Shown here: in pieces, positions 62,965-64,000 of the stretch
Layout of the letters: every line of letters starts with the position of its first letter
How positions within the stretch are numbered: the first letter of the stretch is position 1
NCBI GenBank assembly: GCA_044225365.1
Contig: JBGAIQ010000002.1
Coordinates: 192,001-256,000, forward strand
Source: Planctomycetota bacterium
GTDB lineage: Bacteria > Planctomycetota > B15-G4 > JADJEK01
Direction of reading: 5' to 3'
DNA: 64,000 nt
Program-made: the position numbers and the translations under genes
The notes under the pieces: generated by a model
What the model was told of the DNA's origin: nothing
Database searches by the model: none
Seen by the model: only the letters and a program-made list of their open reading frames with translations

Positions 62965-64000
62965 ATGGCGAACATCTCGCTGCGAATCGCAGGTCTCTGG
63001 TTCGGTCTCGCCGCCCTCGGCGCGAGCGCCGTACCCGAACTCGACTATCGCAATCCGATCGCGGGCGAGAAACTCGAGCTCTTCGTCGGTCACGCGACGC
63101 CGTACGCCTGGGTGGACATCGTCGTCCTCGTGAACGGCAATCCCATCGCTCCCGAAACCAAACTCACGGACGGTTCGGGATTCGCGCGGTTCGAATTGCC
63201 GCTCCCCGTGGATGCGGTCGACAAGCGCTTCACGATCACCGCACTCGAACGACGGACGCAGACGCCGAGCCGTTCGGTCGACATCGATATCGTCGCGCCC
63301 TCGCTGCTCATCTCGGGTCGCGAGAACGGTGAGGCCGTGCTGTATCGAATTCCGGTCGAACCGCGACTGGACGCGCAAGATGGCGCGAGTTCGCCATTGC
63401 GGATGGAGCGAATGACGAGGAAAGTCCTCGGCAGCGGGCAGCCCGGCGGCGCGGTGCGCGATGGACACTCGACGAAGACTTTCGTGATCGCCGATGCCGA
63501 GATCGGTCGCGTGCGCGTCCTCGAGGACGACGTCACGAAGGCCGAGATCACCCCGCTCGATCTCACGCCGGATCTTCGCGGGATCGCGATCTCACCGGAT
63601 GGTCGCACCGTGCTCGTCACCGCCGCGGGCGGGCGCAACGGGAACGGCGAACTGATCCTCATTCCGACGAGTGACCCCTCGGTGCGAACGCGCATCGATC
63701 TCGGATATCCCCTCGGAGTCGATGGCGGGCGCAACATCGTCGTCAGCGAAGACGGCACGCGCGCATTCGTCGCGCTCGACGGTGCGTTCCTTCGCGACGT
63801 CAATCTCGTCGCACTCGAGACCGGCTCCAAGCTATTCGCCGTCGGTACGCCCGGCCGCGATCACGTGCGCGATCTGCGAATCGTGGGGGATCAACTCGTC
63901 GCACTCACCGGGCATGCCGATCCCGCGGTGGCGAACGGCGCGTATTCCGGCGTCGACATCACGAATCCGCAGCGCACGGGTTACTACCGCACGTCTTCAC
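62965..64000 (+). CDS. Secreted YncE-like beta-propeller protein, truncated by the window end
   Basis: AGGA RBS, ATG at 62965 (MANISLRIAGLWFGLAALGASA); GIAISPDGRTVLV, IVVSEDGTRAFV; open to the end. Confidence 0.75.
   Translation, partial: MANISLRIAGLWFGLAALGASAVPELDYRNPIAGEKLELFVGHATPYAWVDIVVLVNGNPIAPETKLTDGSGFARFELPLPVDAVDKRFTITALERRTQTPSRSVDIDIVAPSLLISGRENGEAVLYRIPVEPRLDAQDGASSPLRMERMTRKVLGSGQPGGAVRDGHSTKTFVIADAEIGRVRVLEDDVTKAEITPLDLTPDLRGIAISPDGRTVLVTAAGGRNGNGELILIPTSDPSVRTRIDLGYPLGVDGGRNIVVSEDGTRAFVALDGAFLRDVNLVALETGSKLFAVGTPGRDHVRDLRIVGDQLVALTGHADPAVANGAYSGVDITNPQRTGYYRTSS

Overview
High-GC bacterial chromosomal window. It is most likely from a Planctomycetota member, inferred from the DUF1549/DUF1553 + DUF1501 pair, the TIGR02999-type ECF sigma next to a WD40 Ser/Thr kinase, and DUF1570-like peptidases. 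It holds about 46 real CDSs and two tRNAs (Trp-CCA at 1361-1436 on -, Thr-GGT at 61426-61500 on +). Most long ORFs in the supplied track are antisense or off-frame shadows. Recognisable genes include bcp, cysK, hutH, hutU, M32/S9/M1 peptidases, an HD-domain dNTPase-like protein, two ECF modules, a sigma54 response regulator and several glycosyltransferases. No integrase, intact transposase, phage gene or CRISPR array was seen. The most unusual items are: (1) a 790-aa protein built from three RNAP alpha-CTD repeats, a sigma70 region-4 HTH and a string of winged-helix repeats, convergent with a DEDDh exonuclease; (2) a candidate small RNA at about 8175-8310 with an ECF-type promoter, G-U-containing hairpins and a terminator; (3) three tandem DUF1570-like paralogs, one lacking HExxH, with the last translationally coupled to a GT-C transferase and all downstream of ECF/FecR/HD genes; (4) an exact 140-bp tandem duplication that frameshifts the M32 gene; (5) a doublet of about 195-bp palindromic MITE/REP-like elements. 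All family assignments come from motif recognition by eye; no database searches were run.
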